A DNA stretch of 64,000 nucleotides, taken from Caecitellus pseudoparvulus. Taxonomy: Eukaryota; Protista; Bigyra: Bicosoecida. The stretch is from positions 434,001-498,000 of the forward strand of contig CBFFRQ010000067.1 of the NCBI GenBank assembly GCA_965644315.1, written 5' to 3'. The notes under the pieces were generated by a model. It was not told where the DNA came from. It worked only from the letters and a program-made list of their open reading frames with translations, and searched no databases. Of the stretch, positions 55,086 through 64,000 are shown in pieces. Position 1 is the first letter of the stretch. Each line of letters starts with the position of its first letter. A program made the translations under genes and the position numbers.

Positions 55086-55775
55086 ATGGCTGCTTCTGCA
55101 CCGCCAGCCCCGGCGGTGGTTGTCATCGACGAAGATGTCAAGAAACGTACGCTGGGCGTGGTGCCGCTCCGGCAGTGCACTTGGGCCAGGCTCTTTTTCC
55201 GCAACCGCACTCCCTCCCCACGCACCACCTGCAGGGTTCAAGGACCTGAAGCTGAAGCGCAAACACAAATACGTGCGTGCCTGGTCACTGCACGTTGCCA
55301 CCTCAGTCTTCACAGCAGGCAGCCCTCGCCTGCTCGACAGCTGGTGCTGAAGCTGGAGGAAGGCGAGACCCTGAAGGTGACTGTGGAGAAGGTCGGCAAG
55401 GCCTCTGCGACAGCGGACGAGTTCCAGTCCGACTTGTCTTCGTCGGAGTGCCGGTATGCAGTGTATGATCATGAAGGTGCGGCACCGGCTCCCCGTGCCC
55501 ATGTCCTCTGCCTGCCGACGCACTGTTGCCTCCACCTTCCCGCCACAGACACCCTGCCAGACGGCCGCAAGAAGAGCAAGTTGCTGTTCATTCTATGGGC
55601 CCATTCTCGAGCACGCCCCAGCTCCTGCATGACGTACACCAGTCGGAAGAACGCCGTCTCCAGCGCCTTGGAAGGTGTCTTCGACGTCACGGCCCGGAAT
55701 GAAGACGAGCTTCTGGAGCTGCTGGGCCTGAAGGTAGACGACGAGGACAGCGAGGAGTGGGACCCAGACGCTTGA
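55086..55775 (+). CDS. ADF/cofilin family actin-depolymerising factor (4 exons)
   Basis: Introns 55147-55234, 55273-55340 and 55477-55548. FKDLKLKRKHKYLVLKL, ECRYAVYD, KSKLLFILWA, MTYTSRK. Confidence 0.9.
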   Translation: MAASAPPAPAVVVIDEDVKKRTLGVVPLRQCTWARLFFRNRTPSPRTTCRVQGPEAEAQTQIRACLVTARCHLSLHSRQPSPARQLVLKLEEGETLKVTVEKVGKASATADEFQSDLSSSECRYAVYDHEGAAPAPRAHVLCLPTHCCLHLPATDTLPDGRKKSKLLFILWAHSRARPSSCMTYTSRKNAVSSALEGVFDVTARNEDELLELLGLKVDDEDSEEWDPDA

Positions 55776-55786
55776 GATGAGGGGGA

Positions 55787-55794
55787 AATGCATT
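55787..55794. promoter_or_regulatory. Palindromic AATGCATT; candidate bidirectional polyadenylation signal between cofilin and formin
   Basis: Centred in the 31-nt gap between two convergent stop codons (55775 and 55807). Function is inferred. Confidence 0.6.
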
Positions 55795-55806
55795 GGCACC
55801 AGCGTC

Positions 55807-58800
55807 TCAGGCTGCCTTGGGCAAGACCCGCGCGCCCGGCATCATGCTGCGCCGCCTGGCACGAGAGGTGCCCCCGCGGGCCGCTGCGGCGTGCTTCTTG
55901 GCCGCCTGCCGCTTCTGCATCTCGGCAATGAGCGCACCAGGGCCTGCCTTGGCCGTGCTGTGCAAGCGGGAGATCTTGGCGTCCACCAAGTTTCCGCCTG
56001 CCACCTCCTCCTCTTCGCCCGGCCCCTTGCTGGGCGTGCCGGGTCCCTTGGCGCCTCGCTTGGCAGCCCGGGCAGCCTCTTTGCGCTCCCGTTCGGCAGC
56101 AGCCTCATCCCACTGGATGGCAGACTCCACGGCGCTGGCGAAACTCGTGAACATGGGGAAGAACTTCAAGCTGTCCGTTTTCTTGGGGTCTTCACCGTAG
56201 TCTTTGCACACGGTGCCAAACCGTTCCTGCACACCGTCGATGCGCGCCACAACTTTCGTCACCTCACGCCCCTTGTCGTCCAAGAACGCCTGGAACGTGC
56301 TGGCGAACTTATCTGCGGCCCCCAGACTCCCGCCCCCTTGTAGAGTGGACACGGTGGAGGCCACCATGTCCAGGTTCGCCTTCAGGCCCTTGCCGTCGGC
56401 GATGAGCTGGTCCAGAGACTCGGAGTCAGCTGCGGAGATGGGCTTGAAGTCTTGTGGAATGCGCAAGAAGGGCTCGGCTGGGTCTCCTGCGTTGCGGCGT
56501 GCTCGGCGCACAATCCACTGCAACAGCGTCAGCTTGTTGTCGTACGATTTGACTTCATCCAGCTTCTTCAGCACGTCCATCTTGAAGCCGTACGCAGAGC
56601 CACGAGATGTCCCACCGTTCAAGTGATTGCCCAGTGCCAGCACGTATTCCAACACTGCCTTGAAAGCCTTGCTGTCCGTGATGCTGTCCAACGCTTTGCG
56701 GGTGCGGTTGGCCTTCTCCAGCGCATCAGCCAGGAGGCCCTCCAGTCGCAGTCGGAAAGACATGGCCTTCAGTCGGGCTTCGTACAGTGGGATGTCCATG
56801 ACTGCAATGAAAGCTTTCTCCACTTGCCCCAGTTCAGCCACAGCCCCATCATACCCTTGCAGCAGTGCCACCTCCTCGGATGTCGGCACAAGGCCGAGCA
56901 GAATGCCCACGCGTGCTTCGCCCAAAGCTGTCGCGTCGCCGGCCAGCACCGCCGCACGCACTTGGTCAGGCTTCATCTTCATGCGAGCCAGTGCAATGCC
57001 GGCATTCTGCTGGCGCTTGCCATCCAACAACAGCACCGGCCCAGACTTCTTCTTGCCCGAGGATGCCTTCTTCGGCGAAGCACTTGCGCCGCCCTTGCCT
57101 TTGTTTGGATCATCTGCGCAGAATAGGCCCTCCAGGTCCGCTACATCCAGCTTCACCCCCTCATCCGACAAGCCCTTCCACAGTGTCTTGTCCACTGTCT
57201 TGTCAGGGATGCGGTTCCAGAACAGGCCACGCATCTTGCGCCCAGGCTTCACAGCGGGCTTCTTGGGCTTGCTGCTCTTCTTGGCCGCACCACCTGCACC
57301 CGGGCCTCGGGGTGCCAAGGGCATTCCTGGACCCCTCGGACCACCACCAGCCATTCGAGGGCCACGTGGAGCTCCGGCACCGGGTCCTCGAGGCCCACCG
57401 CCAGCGGGACGAGGGCCCCCTGCACCGCCTGGACGAGGACCACCGCCAGATGGACGAGGCCCACCGCCGCCTGGACGGGGTCCGGCACCGCCTGGACGAG
57501 GACCACCGCCAGATGGACGAGGCCCACCGCCAGAAGGGCGGGGTCCGGCACCGCCTGGACGAGGACCACCGCCAGAAGGGCGGGGTCCACCACCAGATGG
57601 ACGAGGCCCACCGCCAGAAGGGCGGGGTCCACCGCTAGAGGCAGGCTGGGAAGCTTGGGCCGCTGACGCTTCTGATTTGGATGCCTCCAAGGCAGCTTCC
57701 AACTCCGCGATGCGAGATCGCAAGCTTAGAACCTCCTCTGACGAGGCAGTGGAATCAGCCGCTGTGGGTGCCGGTGGAGCAGCGGCAGCCTGGGCCGTAC
57801 TGGGCGCAGACAAGACAGCGATCTCAGCTCGAGCATCATCAAGCTTGTTTGCCAGGTCGTCTACTTTGGCTTCAAGATCGGCAATCTTGGATGCTGCTGC
57901 TTCTGCATCTCGCTTGGCCGCTGCTGCAGCGTCGGCTCCACCACCAGCGGCGAGTGACTTGCGAGCTTCAGCGAGCTGCGCCTCGGCAACCGCAAGACGC
58001 TTAGTGAGCGCATCAGTCCTTGCTGTGGACGTCTCACCGCCATCACCCCGTTTGGCCATGACAAGTTCGCGCTCCAGGCTCGAAATGCGCGCAGTGGCAG
58101 CCAACAGCGCCTCAGCATCATCAGGCGACGAACGGAAGGAGGAAGTGGTGCGACGGTGGCCAGGGCTAGACCCTGCCCCCGCCCCTGCACCAGCAGCACC
58201 GCCTTCCTCCAGGTCATGCACGCGGGCTTGCAGGCCCAGGATGACGGACAGGTCTTCGTACTGCAGTGGCTCGCCTTCGAGCAGACCATGGGCCTCATCT
58301 TCCTCGTCGCCCGGAGCCATAAGTGCCCGCTGCAGTGCGCCCAACACGCGGCGGAAGGCGCCTCGAGCCAAGATGGAAGAGGGGGGAATGCACAATAGGT
58401 AGTGGAACACCGCCAGCATTTCCCCAGTGGTGCCTGAGCGGTTGGCACGGGACACAAGCTCAGCGAAGATGGCCGTGGGGCTGTGCAGGCTCAGGTTTCC
58501 CACAGTCGCCAGGTGCTGGTCTTTGTGTGTCAGGCGCATAAAGGTTTCCAGGCGGGCCTGCACGGCAGACACCATCTCCAGCTCATGCTCCGCATCTGCC
58601 TCCTGAGACAGCAGCCCCTGCAACGCCACGCCTCCTGGCAAGACGATACTGCTGCGGCCGGGGGAGGGGGTGGCAGCGGCCCCGGCACCAGCCTCAGCTG
58701 CCGACGCCTGTGCTGTCACCGCCTGCTCATGTAGCTGTTGCAGCTGGGAGGTGAGGTTGGGGAGGGCTGCTGCTGAGGCCAGGTGCAGGTCATCCAGAGC

Positions 58801-59964
58801 ATCCAGCACGCCTCCAGCCTGCAAGTCAGTGCCGATGACGACTCTGTCTTCCAGCGAAGTGTCTCCGAAGCCCACCTCTGTGAGGAGCATGAGTGCTACC
58901 ACCTTGGTATCCCACGTAAACACGCCATCAGCATCGTGCAGCACACCAATGAGGCCCGCGAAGGGCTTGGAGTCACCACTTCCACGGTGTGCCTCCTCAA
59001 AGCCCTCCAGCACAGCGTCGTGGGCGGCATCAGCACCGGGTCCAGAGGCACTGGTGGCCACAGTGAGCAGGCGCAAGATCTCTCGCACAGTGCGGTCCAC
59101 CCGGGCATGCCACGACGGCACTGGCAACTGTGTGGCTGGGTCCAGCTCCGAGCCTCTGGGCGGCGGCGGGACAAGGCAGGCCACCAGGCGTTTCAACAAG
59201 GCAGCATGCACTTGCACGGCTGCCAGAGACGACTCCACTTTGATGGCGCCCTTGATGCCGCCCACCAGCGCCTCCACAGCCTTCACACCCGCGGCCTTGC
59301 CAGCCAGCGCAAGCAGCGCTTCCAACGCATCCAAGCCGCCGTCGGCAATGAACTCTTCCAGCCACTCCACGCTGCCAGTGCTGAGCTGAACGCGCACGGA
59401 GTACATGAAATCCAGGCTGGGCGGCTTGGTCGGGCTGTACTGCCTCATGGTGGCCAGGAGGTTGGTGTGGTCAGCGGCGGAGCCTGCACCGTCGCCTGCG
59501 GTGCCGCCGCCTTCTCCGGGCTGCTGCGCCTTGGTGGCAGCATGCTGCTGCACCATCTGCCACTTCTTCACATTGCCATCAGCGCCCTTAAACGCGTCCG
59601 ATTGCAGCATGCTATCCACAGCGGGCCCAGGAATGCCTGCAGTGCACATGTGCGAGGCGTGGTGAGCGAATCCGCCTCCGCGTTGCACCGTCGCCACGCA
59701 CCTCGCTCGGCCATCATAGCGCGGAACTTCGCATCAATCTGTGATACAATGTGTAAGAGGGCGACTACGCTTGAATCTGATTGAAAAAGAGCGCGGGGCG
59801 CTCGGCGGGGCGCGCATAGGTGGTGGCTGTCGCACAGCGACACCACTCACCTCGGGAGCAGGCGGAAGTGGCCCCGCTGCCTCAGCTCTCTCGCCAGGCG
59901 GGGGCCCTGAGCTGTCCTTCTCCGTTGTGCTTCCCCTCTTGAACATGCGCTTGATGAAAGCCAT
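55807..59964 (-). CDS. Formin (GBD/FH3 - coiled coil - atypical FH1 - FH2 - DAD-like tail), 3 exons
   Basis: Exons 59964-59851, 59738-59702 and 59636-55807. GBD IDAKFRAMMAERGIP..KKWQMV and WLEEFIADGGL. FH2 MRGLFWNRI, LLDGKRQQNAGIAL, VLALGNHLNGGTSRGSAYGFK and KLDEVKS. Confidence 0.92.
57300..57634 (-). repeat. 21-bp coding repeat (GGGPRPS / GGAGPRP) at the FH1 position of the formin
   Basis: About 11 GPRP units followed by GPRGP variants. Confidence 0.85.
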
Positions 59965-60226
59965 GGTTGCAGACGCCTGTGCGTGTGGGGAGGCTGCAAT
60001 GCCAAGCCCCCCAGATCAAACCCAAGCACAGCCAGGCTCAGTCCAAGCCGCAGTCGAACAAGTAGACAAAAATCAGGTGTCAAAAAGCATGTGCTGTGTT
60101 GGGATGGGGGCATGTTTCCATATTCCCCGCTAATGATTTGACGAACGCGAGCGACGAGCTCCGGACACAGGGCCGCGTTTGCTTGCCAAGTTCCGCAACC
60201 CACCACGCTGTGGACCAGTGCCCGCC

Positions 60227-63200
60227 ATGCAGCTCGCGCGCGCCCTTTGCTGCCGCCTAGTCCACAGCCGAGCATTGCCTTTCATGGTCCCTCGCACAGG
60301 GCCGCGATTGCCACGCCCGACGATGCTGTGCAGGCCGTTCGCTGGCGCCAAGCCAACGCCCATGATGGCTCAGTACCTAGCCCTTCGACAAGACCCGCAG
60401 TACGCCGGGCATGTGGTGTTCTTCCAAATGGGAGAATTCTACGAGTGTTTCTTTGAAGATGCAGAGGTGGTGTCACGCACTCTCGGCATTGCTCTGACTG
60501 CCCGGGGACGCCACCTTGGCATGCCCATCCCAATGGCTGGGGTGCCGCTGCACGCCGGCGGCAGCTTTCTGGGGCGCATGGTGAAAGCTGGGTTCAAGGT
60601 TGTGGTGGTGGACCAGATCGAAGCTCCAGGCGCCGCCAAAGCGCGCTCCAAGCCTGGCGCGCCTTCCCTTGTGCGGCGCAGCGTGACTCGCGTGGTGACT
60701 CCCGGGACCGCAACGGAGGAGGCACTCCTGTCACCTGGCCAGAACAACTTTGCCGCCGCTGTGCACGTGGACGACGGAGAGGCCTCGCAGTCTGCAGCAG
60801 TAGCGTGGTGTGATGTGTCCACAGGTCAGCTTCACGTGACTTCGTGCGACCTAGCTGACGTGCAGGATGTGGTGGAAGGCGTGTCGCCGCGCGAGCTGCT
60901 GCTCCCCCCTGCTGACCAACACCCGGCTGCTGCTCAGCTACACGGGCAGCTGGCTGTGCGAGCATTGAACGAAGGTGTGGAGGAGGGCCAGTCCATGGTA
61001 TACCGCCTGACGTGCGGTGTGGCACCCTGCGTCACGGTTCGCCAACCAGCAGCTCCCTCCGCTGCCCACCCTGAGCTCTCTCCTTCTGAGCGTGCCGCTG
61101 TGGGCGACCTTGTGAGCTACGTGGCTTGGACGCAAGGCGGTGCTGGCACGGCTCTACAAGCACCTGTCCGCGTGGGAGGGGAGGTTCCCCCAACCACCAC
61201 GGAGGCGGCGTTCGATTCAGCACCGCCCTTGTCCACCTTAGGCATGGACCACTGGACTCGCCGTGCCTTGGAGCTGCACAGGCCGCTGCACGGACGCCAT
61301 CGTGGCCGGGGCAGTTTGTTGCACGCAGTGGACTTCACAGTGTCTTCCGCTGGGGCGCGGTTGCTTGACCGACGCCTTGCCTCGCCTCTGGCCAACTGCC
61401 ACGCTGTGCGGCGGCGCTTGGAAGCTGTCAGCTGGTGGCATGGCCGTGGACACTTCCGACGCCGTATTCGGGCTGCTCTCGCAGCGTGTACTGATGTGGA
61501 GCGGGCCATGCAGCGTGTCCTGTTGTCAGCGGCACGAGCTGCTGCCACCCACTCCTCCCCGCAAGATGAGCCCAGTGAGAAGCTCCAACGCCGGACAGCT
61601 GCGCGGTCACTGAAGGGCACCCCCCGCGGCGGCGAAAGTGGATCAGGAGTACCTCGTGAGGCTGATTTGCTGGCGGTGCGCGACACCCTGGCGGCTGCGC
61701 GGGACATTGGCGCTGCGGTCCAGGAGCAAATGAGTTGTGTCCTGGAGGCAGCTGACGTGCTGCCGCTTGCGAGCGTCGACTTTGACTCTGCTGCAGTTGA
61801 GCATGTGGACACTCTCAATCCTGCACTTTGCGCGGCGCTGCAAGTAGTGGCACAGCCTGAGGTCCGTCGAGTATTCGACCACCTGTGCAAGGCCTTGGTG
61901 GGCACACCTCCTCTCGTTCTTGAGACCAAGGGGCCTGGCGACCAGAGCACACCTCCAGAGCTGGTCGGAGGAAGCGCAATTCGTACGGGGTACGATGAAG
62001 AGCTGGATGCGCTGCGTGCTCTGCGCGACCGCAGTGCAGACGCCATCGACGCGCTGCAGAGGCAATATCGTACCGAGCTGGGCATCCCCACGCTGAAAGT
62101 GAAGCACACAGCTGAGCAAGGCTTCACCATTGAGGTGCCTGCGAAGTCAGCAGGCGCTGTTCCGACACAGAAACACGGCCAGGACGCGGCGACAGACGGG
62201 CAGTGGGTATGGAGCCGGACGCTGAAGAACACCGTGCGCTTCAAGAACACGCGCTTGTCCAAGCTGGATCGGCAGCTTGCCGACGCAGCCAACAAAGCCG
62301 CAGCCCTGGAACGCAGCATCCTGCGAAATCTGGCCCAAGAATTGGCCGCCATCGCCCGGCCTCTGGCAGGCGCAGCTCGTGCCTTGGCAGTGCTTGATGT
62401 CACCTGCAGCCATGCCCATGCCGCGGAGACCCTGAGGCTCTGCATGCCCAAAGTGCACAGTGGTGAACATGGTGGATCTCTCGTTCTCAAGGGGGGGCGG
62501 CATGCTGTTGTGGAGCGGGGTTTGCTGGAAGCGTGGGCATACCGGTTCCGCGATGACTCGGCAGCCGCGGCAGGCGGCCTGCTGCTAGATCGCCACGTTC
62601 GGCCCAGCGGTGGCTCTGGTGAAGCGTCGGCAGAGGAAGATGTAGCCGCTCTACAGCCTCCGCCATCCCGAGCTTTTGTTGCGAATGACACGTTCATGGT
62701 TGACACAGACGGAGGCTTGCCGCCTGCCTGGAATAGCGAGACGACGGGCTCTCGGTGCATGCTGATAACAGGCCCAAACATGGGTGGGAAGAGCACCTAC
62801 CTTCGGCAAATTGCACAAGCTGTCATTCTCGCACAAGCCGGCTCTTTCGTCCCAGCTGATGACGCTGATATAGGCATTTGTGACGCTGTCTTTGCGAGGG
62901 TGGGCGCGAGCGATGATGTGGCGCGGGATCGTTCCACTTTCATGTGTGAAATGAGCGAGACAGCAGCACTGCTGCGAAGAGCCACAAAGCAGAGCCTGGT
63001 GGTCGTGGATGAGGTGGGCAGAGGCACGGCAGCGCTGGACGGCTTGGCCATTGCCTGGGCCGTGCTGGAGCATTTGGCAGGCCACGTGCATTGCCGCGCG
63101 CTGTTCGCGACACACTTCCATGAGCTGAGCAAAGTCGCTGCACAGTGGACGGGGCCTGGACACATTGGAAGGTACACAGTAGGAGTGGAGCTCACGCCGC

Positions 63201-63436
63201 TGGGGCCAGTGCTGACACATAAAGTGCAACCTGGCGAGTGTGAGAACTCCTTCGGGCTGCACGTCGCGCAAATGGCTGGCATGCCGGCCCCGGTTCTTGA
63301 GCGGGCTGAGCAGCTGCTAGCTGCGTTGGAAGCAGCCTCAGCCGGTAGTGATGAAGGGCTGCCATCCAAGGTGGGTGCCCAGCTGTCAGCTCAGCAAGCT
63401 GCGCTACTTGGTGCAGCCCAAGAGCCCCAGCGCTAG
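60227..63436 (+). CDS. mutS: MutS1-type (bacterial/fungal MSH1-like) mismatch repair ATPase, probably mitochondrial
   Basis: TPMMAQY, FFQMGEFYECF (FxE), IPMAGVP, RVVTPGT, GPNMGGKSTYLRQ, STFMCEM, VDEVGRGT, FATHFHEL and SFGLHVAQMAGMP; Arg-rich presequence; intronless. Confidence 0.92.
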   Translation: MQLARALCCRLVHSRALPFMVPRTGPRLPRPTMLCRPFAGAKPTPMMAQYLALRQDPQYAGHVVFFQMGEFYECFFEDAEVVSRTLGIALTARGRHLGMPIPMAGVPLHAGGSFLGRMVKAGFKVVVVDQIEAPGAAKARSKPGAPSLVRRSVTRVVTPGTATEEALLSPGQNNFAAAVHVDDGEASQSAAVAWCDVSTGQLHVTSCDLADVQDVVEGVSPRELLLPPADQHPAAAQLHGQLAVRALNEGVEEGQSMVYRLTCGVAPCVTVRQPAAPSAAHPELSPSERAAVGDLVSYVAWTQGGAGTALQAPVRVGGEVPPTTTEAAFDSAPPLSTLGMDHWTRRALELHRPLHGRHRGRGSLLHAVDFTVSSAGARLLDRRLASPLANCHAVRRRLEAVSWWHGRGHFRRRIRAALAACTDVERAMQRVLLSAARAAATHSSPQDEPSEKLQRRTAARSLKGTPRGGESGSGVPREADLLAVRDTLAAARDIGAAVQEQMSCVLEAADVLPLASVDFDSAAVEHVDTLNPALCAALQVVAQPEVRRVFDHLCKALVGTPPLVLETKGPGDQSTPPELVGGSAIRTGYDEELDALRALRDRSADAIDALQRQYRTELGIPTLKVKHTAEQGFTIEVPAKSAGAVPTQKHGQDAATDGQWVWSRTLKNTVRFKNTRLSKLDRQLADAANKAAALERSILRNLAQELAAIARPLAGAARALAVLDVTCSHAHAAETLRLCMPKVHSGEHGGSLVLKGGRHAVVERGLLEAWAYRFRDDSAAAAGGLLLDRHVRPSGGSGEASAEEDVAALQPPPSRAFVANDTFMVDTDGGLPPAWNSETTGSRCMLITGPNMGGKSTYLRQIAQAVILAQAGSFVPADDADIGICDAVFARVGASDDVARDRSTFMCEMSETAALLRRATKQSLVVVDEVGRGTAALDGLAIAWAVLEHLAGHVHCRALFATHFHELSKVAAQWTGPGHIGRYTVGVELTPLGPVLTHKVQPGECENSFGLHVAQMAGMPAPVLERAEQLLAALEAASAGSDEGLPSKVGAQLSAQQAALLGAAQEPQR

Positions 63437-63468
63437 CCAGTGCCGCGATCCCTTGCAGCATTCGAGTT

Positions 63469-64000
63469 TTACCGCTCTTGTGCAGCTCCGAGGTGCTCGC
63501 GTCCACCCAAGAATGGGCGCAGTGCTGGCGGAACCTGCACCCGCCCATCGGGCAGTTGATGTGTCTCTAGCAATGCAAGCATGACACGGGGCACGGCCAG
63601 CGCAGTGCCGTTCAGCGTGTGAGCAAAGCGGTTGTCCTTGTGGCCATGCCGATACCGCATGCCGAAACGCCTCGCCTGATAGTCAGTGCAGTTTGACGCG
63701 GAACAGATTTCTCCCCACGACCCCGGCTCCCCGCCGTCAACTTCTCGGCGCCCAGGCATCCACGCTTCGATGTCGTACTTGCGCGCAGCAGAGGCGCCCA
63801 GTTCCTCCGTGGGCATGTCCAGCACCCGCGCATGCAGTCCCAGCTCCTCCACGATGCTGCACTGCAAGTCCAAAAGCTCCTCCAGCACCTGCTCACTGGC
63901 GTCTTCAGCACACACAACAGCCAACTCCACCTTTGAAAATTGGTGCAGGCGGTACAGACCCCTGGACGCGGCGCCACCGCCGCCTGCCTCCCGCCGGAAG
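63469..64000 (-). CDS. serS: Seryl-tRNA synthetase (organellar/bacterial type), 5'-partial
   Basis: Motif 2 FRREAG..RGLYRLHQFSKVE, KYDIEAWMPGR, EICSASNCTDYQARR, and motif 3 HTLNGTALAVPR. Confidence 0.95.
   Translation of the reverse strand, partial: FRREAGGGGAASRGLYRLHQFSKVELAVVCAEDASEQVLEELLDLQCSIVEELGLHARVLDMPTEELGASAARKYDIEAWMPGRREVDGGEPGSWGEICSASNCTDYQARRFGMRYRHGHKDNRFAHTLNGTALAVPRVMLALLETHQLPDGRVQVPPALRPFLGGREHLGAAQER

Noticed and set aside
12571-59701. Four introns starting with an identical GTGCGTGGCG (donors at 12749, 12658, 17496, 59701) as possible introner elements
   Set aside because: Similarity stops after about 10 nt, with no shared body, terminal inverted repeats or target-site duplications. 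An extended GTGCG donor preference (18 of 40 introns) explains it.
1-64000. Alternative genetic code, selenocysteine or non-canonical splice sites
   Set aside because: All conserved genes translate with the standard code once GT-AG introns are removed, and TGA, TAG and TAA all occur as terminal stops.
60227-64000. mutS-serS (and RidA, FkbM) as bacterial contamination
   Set aside because: They are contiguous with intron-containing eukaryotic genes and have similar composition. MutS and RidA have presequence-like N-termini, and RidA itself is spliced.

Overview
GC-rich, very gene-dense eukaryotic nuclear DNA. It is probably from a heterotrophic protist, possibly a stramenopile, but that placement is an unverified inference. 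I reconstructed 26 protein-coding genes and about 40 short GT-AG introns (62-186 nt; donors mostly GTGCG or GTGAG). Genes in order: large Cys-rich multipass membrane protein (5'-partial); 38-aa ankyrin-like repeat protein; FkbM-type methyltransferase; ankyrin protein; PH+RCC1 protein; RNR small subunit; DoxX/SURF4-like protein; peroxisomal 2,4-dienoyl-CoA reductase; kinesin-14; Wee1-like kinase with an apparent frameshift; Mn-type CDF; Sel1-repeat protein; ZnT9-type CDF; hypothetical membrane protein; PWP2; ~1,970-aa Pro/Lys/Ala tandem-repeat plus coiled-coil protein; ABCC transporter; RidA; PIG-L; a 103-aa four-exon gene missed by the ORF track; degenerate RING protein with a CaaX box; conserved uncharacterised protein; cofilin; formin; MutS1-type protein; SerRS (5'-partial). 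I saw no tRNA, rRNA, CRISPR array or transposon. The strongest unexplained signal is the hexamer AATGCA on the sense strand within about 250 nt after the stop codon of 18 of 26 genes. At two convergent gene pairs it occurs as a shared palindrome (AATGCATT), so it is a candidate non-canonical, bidirectional polyadenylation signal. Other highlights are hairpins in the longer introns, a CDS-CDS antisense overlap, a formin without polyproline, a RING missing one zinc site, and a DARPin-like variable ankyrin array.
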